Source: an uncultured Flavobacterium sp. (GTDB lineage Bacteria > Bacteroidota > Bacteroidia > Flavobacteriales > Flavobacteriaceae). Taken from it: 64,000 nucleotides of DNA. Under the pieces are notes generated by a model, which was given only the letters and a program-made list of their open reading frames with translations, was not told the DNA's origin and did not search any database. The translations under genes were made by a program, and so were the position numbers. The stretch covers positions 97,854-161,853 of the forward strand of contig CALTVC010000008.1 of NCBI GenBank assembly GCA_943912855.1. The letters are read 5' to 3'. Below are positions 60,507 to 64,000 of the stretch, piece after piece (the stretch's first letter is position 1; every line of letters starts with the position of its first letter).

Positions 60507-60956
60507 ATGATTTCCGAAACGTTTATAGGTTGCATTTTTATATTGGCAACATTACCCGGCTTCTTTTTGTTTTTCAGGATAGTGTATTTCTATGCAATTA
60601 GTATAAACCGTTGGAAAATTACGGAGGGTATTGTTTTGGAATCTTCGACTCAGTATTATCAATCTGATGATACTAGAGATAATGATGGTTGGAAGCTTAG
60701 GATTGTTTATACTTATAAAATTGATGGGGCAGAGTTTCATTCAGAAAAATATTCCAAAAATATCGGCATACTGAAATCATTCAAGGATAGGGTAGATACT
60801 TCTGAAGCACCAAAAATAAATCAGAAGGTCGCTGTTTACTATAATCCAAAGAATCCTCAGGATGCAGTTTTAGACAATAAATTTGATTATACTAATTGCA
60901 TAATTTTAATCATTTCTATTGTAGGAGTTTTGGTAGGATACAATCTGATTTCATAG
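60507..60956 (+). CDS. DUF3592-like membrane protein
   Basis: Terminal TM segments, 'W..TEG.V..S', 'YTYKIDG', 'V.VYYNPKNPQDAVL'; AT-rich. Confidence 0.8.
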   Translation: MISETFIGCIFILATLPGFFLFFRIVYFYAISINRWKITEGIVLESSTQYYQSDDTRDNDGWKLRIVYTYKIDGAEFHSEKYSKNIGILKSFKDRVDTSEAPKINQKVAVYYNPKNPQDAVLDNKFDYTNCIILIISIVGVLVGYNLIS

Positions 60957-61058
60957 AATCCTTTTTTGCTGTATTCACGAAATTTGTATCCAAAAAAACG
61001 CATAAAAAAACAGCCCCGGAGGGCTGCCTTCATAATGGTAATCGATATTGGTTTACGT

Positions 61059-62993
61059 TTAAAACTTCATGATAAAGCCACCGTATGGTTTTAGCGTTAC
61101 CTTAGTTTTGCCCGGTTTCACGGCTGTTTTTTCAAACAGTTGTCCGTTACCGTCGGTTATTTTGTATCCATCCTTTGTAAGGAACGACAGGTCTATGCTA
61201 AGGTCTTTGGCTTTGTTTTCGCCGTTAATCCCAGTAATGAACCAGGTATCGCCCTTACGGCGTGCCATAACTACATCCTTACCCGGGAAACCTGCCAGTA
61301 GTTTGGTTTCGTCCCAAGCCACCGGAATGTCTTTAAGGTACTCCACAACATAATCAGGCATATGGCTCATACCTTGTGGTGTTTCGGCAAGGTGCTGTAT
61401 GCCCGAAAGGAACAGGGTAGGGAGTGCCAACTCAAATGCGCTGGTGCTCCTGCGTTGTATGTTCGGGATTTCGTACAGTGCCATAGGCGTAAAGTCCATT
61501 GGGTCGTACAGGTTACGTGTAAATGGCAGCATAGCCATGTGCGATGGCGCTTCATCGGCTACCTTTTGTTCAAATGAAATAAACTCAAAACCTTTAATAG
61601 CCTCAGCCGTCATAAGGTTAGGGTAGGTGCGTTGCCATCCGCGTGGCAGGGTAGCCCCGTGGAAGTTAACCAGTATTTCGTGCTTTAATGCTGATTTCAG
61701 TATCTCATGGTAATAGGCAATCATGCTTTGACCATCACCCCCAAAGAAGTCGATTTTTACACCGGCAATACCTGTATCGTGTAGCCATTTAAATTCGCTT
61801 TCGCGACCTTCTGCCGTAAGGAATTTTCCTTTAGGGCCATACGGTACGGTATTCCAGTCGCCCGCAGAGTTGTACCAAAGGATCAGCTTTACGTTACGCT
61901 CTTTACCATAAGCTACAAGCTCCTTTATTTTGTCTATGCCTATACGTTTGTGCCAGTCGGCATCAATAAGGCAGTACGGCCACTGCATCTTTTGGGCATA
62001 GTCTATAAATTCCTTGGTAGTTTCATAATTAACCGAATTATCTTTCAGTATCGCCCAGCTCCATGAAGAAATCCCCGGCTTTATGAAATCAGTATCGGTA
62101 GTTACTGCCTTATCGGCAAGGTCAGTACCCAGTGTAGATTCGGTTACCTCGTTAAGGCTACCTATGGCAATCACGCGCCAAGGGCTAACCCACGGTGTTT
62201 TAGACTCCGGGTTTAGTGCAGCGTCTTTAGAAAAACGCTCTTTATCTTGTGGGAAAACCACTTTTATGGCACCCAGTTCCTTGTTATAATCCAGGTGGGT
62301 AGCGCAGTAATTACTGCCCAGCCCGGTTTCTGTAACGGCAAGCCAGGTGTCGCCCTCGTTAAACAACGCCGGGTATACCCATCCCTGACCAATAGGGGAA
62401 GGGGTGTTTACAGGAACGCCCATTTGGTAATATTCTTCGTAAGAAGGGTTAGTATGTTCCCAGCCGGTTTTAGCTTCGCTCATAGGCTGTAACCAAGCCT
62501 TGGCTTCTTTTGTAAAGTTGAAGGTGGTCTTTTCTTCGGTAATGTATTTTACATCGCCCGAAGCATCAGGGAAACTGTAGCGGAACGCCACACCGTTGTC
62601 TGACACGTTAAAGATAACGTCCATTTTTTCTCCTTTTTCGTTTTGAAAATGAACAGTCCTCTGATTAGCGGTATAGGTAATATCCGTTTTCTTACCTTGT
62701 AGCATTTTATAGCTGTCATTTATTGGCTTGCCAAAATCTAAATCTGTTATTTTAAGGTTATTAAAGAAATCGGCATCTTTACGGATAATTCCTATAAACG
62801 AAGTGTCAATTACGTTTTTGTAATTATAGCTTACGGTATAGTAGGCGTGGTTGTGTTTGTCTACTCCTACGCCAAGCAAAATTTTTCGATCAGGGCTTGG
62901 AGTAGTATTTGGTGCTAAACTTGCATACTTCATAGCCGGTCCGCATGAGGCTAATACCAGGGCAAGAGCAGCTACGCTAACGTACTTTTTCAT
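61059..62993 (-). CDS. GH97 glycoside hydrolase, probably retaining subtype, lipoprotein
   Basis: 'GVAFRY', 'SPWRVI', 'KPGISSWSW', 'GVKIDFF', 'NFHG...RTYPN', 'PMDFTP'. Confidence 0.92.
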   Translation of the reverse strand: MKKYVSVAALALVLASCGPAMKYASLAPNTTPSPDRKILLGVGVDKHNHAYYTVSYNYKNVIDTSFIGIIRKDADFFNNLKITDLDFGKPINDSYKMLQGKKTDITYTANQRTVHFQNEKGEKMDVIFNVSDNGVAFRYSFPDASGDVKYITEEKTTFNFTKEAKAWLQPMSEAKTGWEHTNPSYEEYYQMGVPVNTPSPIGQGWVYPALFNEGDTWLAVTETGLGSNYCATHLDYNKELGAIKVVFPQDKERFSKDAALNPESKTPWVSPWRVIAIGSLNEVTESTLGTDLADKAVTTDTDFIKPGISSWSWAILKDNSVNYETTKEFIDYAQKMQWPYCLIDADWHKRIGIDKIKELVAYGKERNVKLILWYNSAGDWNTVPYGPKGKFLTAEGRESEFKWLHDTGIAGVKIDFFGGDGQSMIAYYHEILKSALKHEILVNFHGATLPRGWQRTYPNLMTAEAIKGFEFISFEQKVADEAPSHMAMLPFTRNLYDPMDFTPMALYEIPNIQRRSTSAFELALPTLFLSGIQHLAETPQGMSHMPDYVVEYLKDIPVAWDETKLLAGFPGKDVVMARRKGDTWFITGINGENKAKDLSIDLSFLTKDGYKITDGNGQLFEKTAVKPGKTKVTLKPYGGFIMKF

Positions 62994-63124
62994 AATTGTG
63001 TGTAAAGTGATTTTGATTAGTATTAAAACGTTTGCGTGAGTTTTGAAAAAAAAGCCACTTTAAAGAGTTTTTGGCTCAGTAAAATGGCTTTAGAGTTGAA
63101 TTTAATAAATGGTTTTTCTGAACA

Positions 63125-64000
63125 TTATTTTTTACGTGCAATAACCTTTTGTACGGCTTTTACAATGTGTTCAGCATCAAGGCCGTATTTGGTCATTAGC
63201 TGCGCAGGAGTTCCGCTTTCGCCGAAACTGTCGTTTACGGCTACGTACTCTTGTGGCACAGGATTGTTTGTAGCAAGCAGTTGTGCTATGCTGTCGCCAA
63301 GACCGCCAAGGCGGTTGTGTTCTTCGGCAGTAACCACACAACCTGTTTTGGCTGCTGATTTAAGTACTGCCTCGGCATCAAGAGGCTTAATAGTATGGAT
63401 GTTGATGATTTCTGCATCAATACCCAGTTCGGCAAGTTTTTCACCAGCCTGTATCGCTTCCCATACCAGGTGGCCTGTAGCGAAGATAGATACATCTGCA
63501 CCTTCGTTTACCATCCATGCCTTACCGATTTCAAACTTTTGGTCCGGATCTGTAAAGATAGGCACAACCGGACGACCGAAACGCAGGTATACAGGGCCCT
63601 CATGCTCTGCAATGGCTATGGTAGCGGCTTTAGTCTGGTTGTAATCACATGGGTTGATAACCGTCATACCCGGAAGCATCTTCATAAGTCCGATGTCTTC
63701 AAGGATTTGGTGTGTAGCGCCGTCTTCACCAAGAGTAAGACCCGCGTGAGAAGCACATATTTTTACGTTCTTGTCTGAATAGGCTACAGACTGACGAATC
63801 TGGTCGTATACACGTCCGGTAGAAAAGTTGGCAAATGTTCCTGTAAACGGAATTTTACCACCTATGGTAAGACCTGCAGCGATGCCAATCATGTTAGCTT
63901 CGGCAATACCCACCTGTATGAAACGCTCCGGGAACTCGTTAATAAAGTCCTGCATTTTTAGCGAGGCAACAAGGTCTGCACACAGTGCCACCACGTTTTC
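63125..64000 (-). CDS. Transketolase C-terminal subunit (truncated at window edge)
   Basis: 'GIAEANM', 'GEDGATHQ', 'GPVYLRFGR', 'IKPLD', 'EEH...GGLG'. Confidence 0.93.
   Translation of the reverse strand, partial: ENVVALCADLVASLKMQDFINEFPERFIQVGIAEANMIGIAAGLTIGGKIPFTGTFANFSTGRVYDQIRQSVAYSDKNVKICASHAGLTLGEDGATHQILEDIGLMKMLPGMTVINPCDYNQTKAATIAIAEHEGPVYLRFGRPVVPIFTDPDQKFEIGKAWMVNEGADVSIFATGHLVWEAIQAGEKLAELGIDAEIINIHTIKPLDAEAVLKSAAKTGCVVTAEEHNRLGGLGDSIAQLLATNNPVPQEYVAVNDSFGESGTPAQLMTKYGLDAEHIVKAVQKVIARKK

Noticed and set aside
63036..63644. 202-aa + strand ORF
   Set aside because: Antisense to the well-supported transketolase gene, with no recognisable motifs.

Overview
Chromosomal window from a Flavobacteriaceae bacterium, most likely Flavobacterium (TAnnTTTG-type promoters, AT-rich leaders with no obvious Shine-Dalgarno sequence, a SusC/SusD pair). 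It is mostly core genome: relA/spoT, a TrmH methyltransferase, the RDD/SpoIIM/DUF4129/DUF4350/MoxR/DUF58 cluster, pyrG, yidC, mnmA, tatD, tcdA, ilvE, mnmD, an ABC-F ATPase, an M42 peptidase and transketolase. It also carries an arabinan utilization locus (araR, susC/D, two GH51, three GH43, araB, araD, galM, with a GH97 nearby) that has two identical 25-bp operators and no araA in the window. The best candidate for an undescribed system is 26341-29535: an orphan 172-aa gene, a TPR-like sensor kinase and a NarL-type regulator. NarL-like 7-2-7 boxes lie 22-23 nt upstream of imperfect -7 elements, both before the operon and before a roughly 110-nt terminated non-coding segment (candidate sRNA). 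Several intergenic regions hold short-period (6, 8 or 9 nt) inverted repeats, often starting at stop codons, and there is a REPIN-like element. No rRNA, tRNA, CRISPR array or transposase was recognised. All protein family calls come from motif recognition, not database searches.
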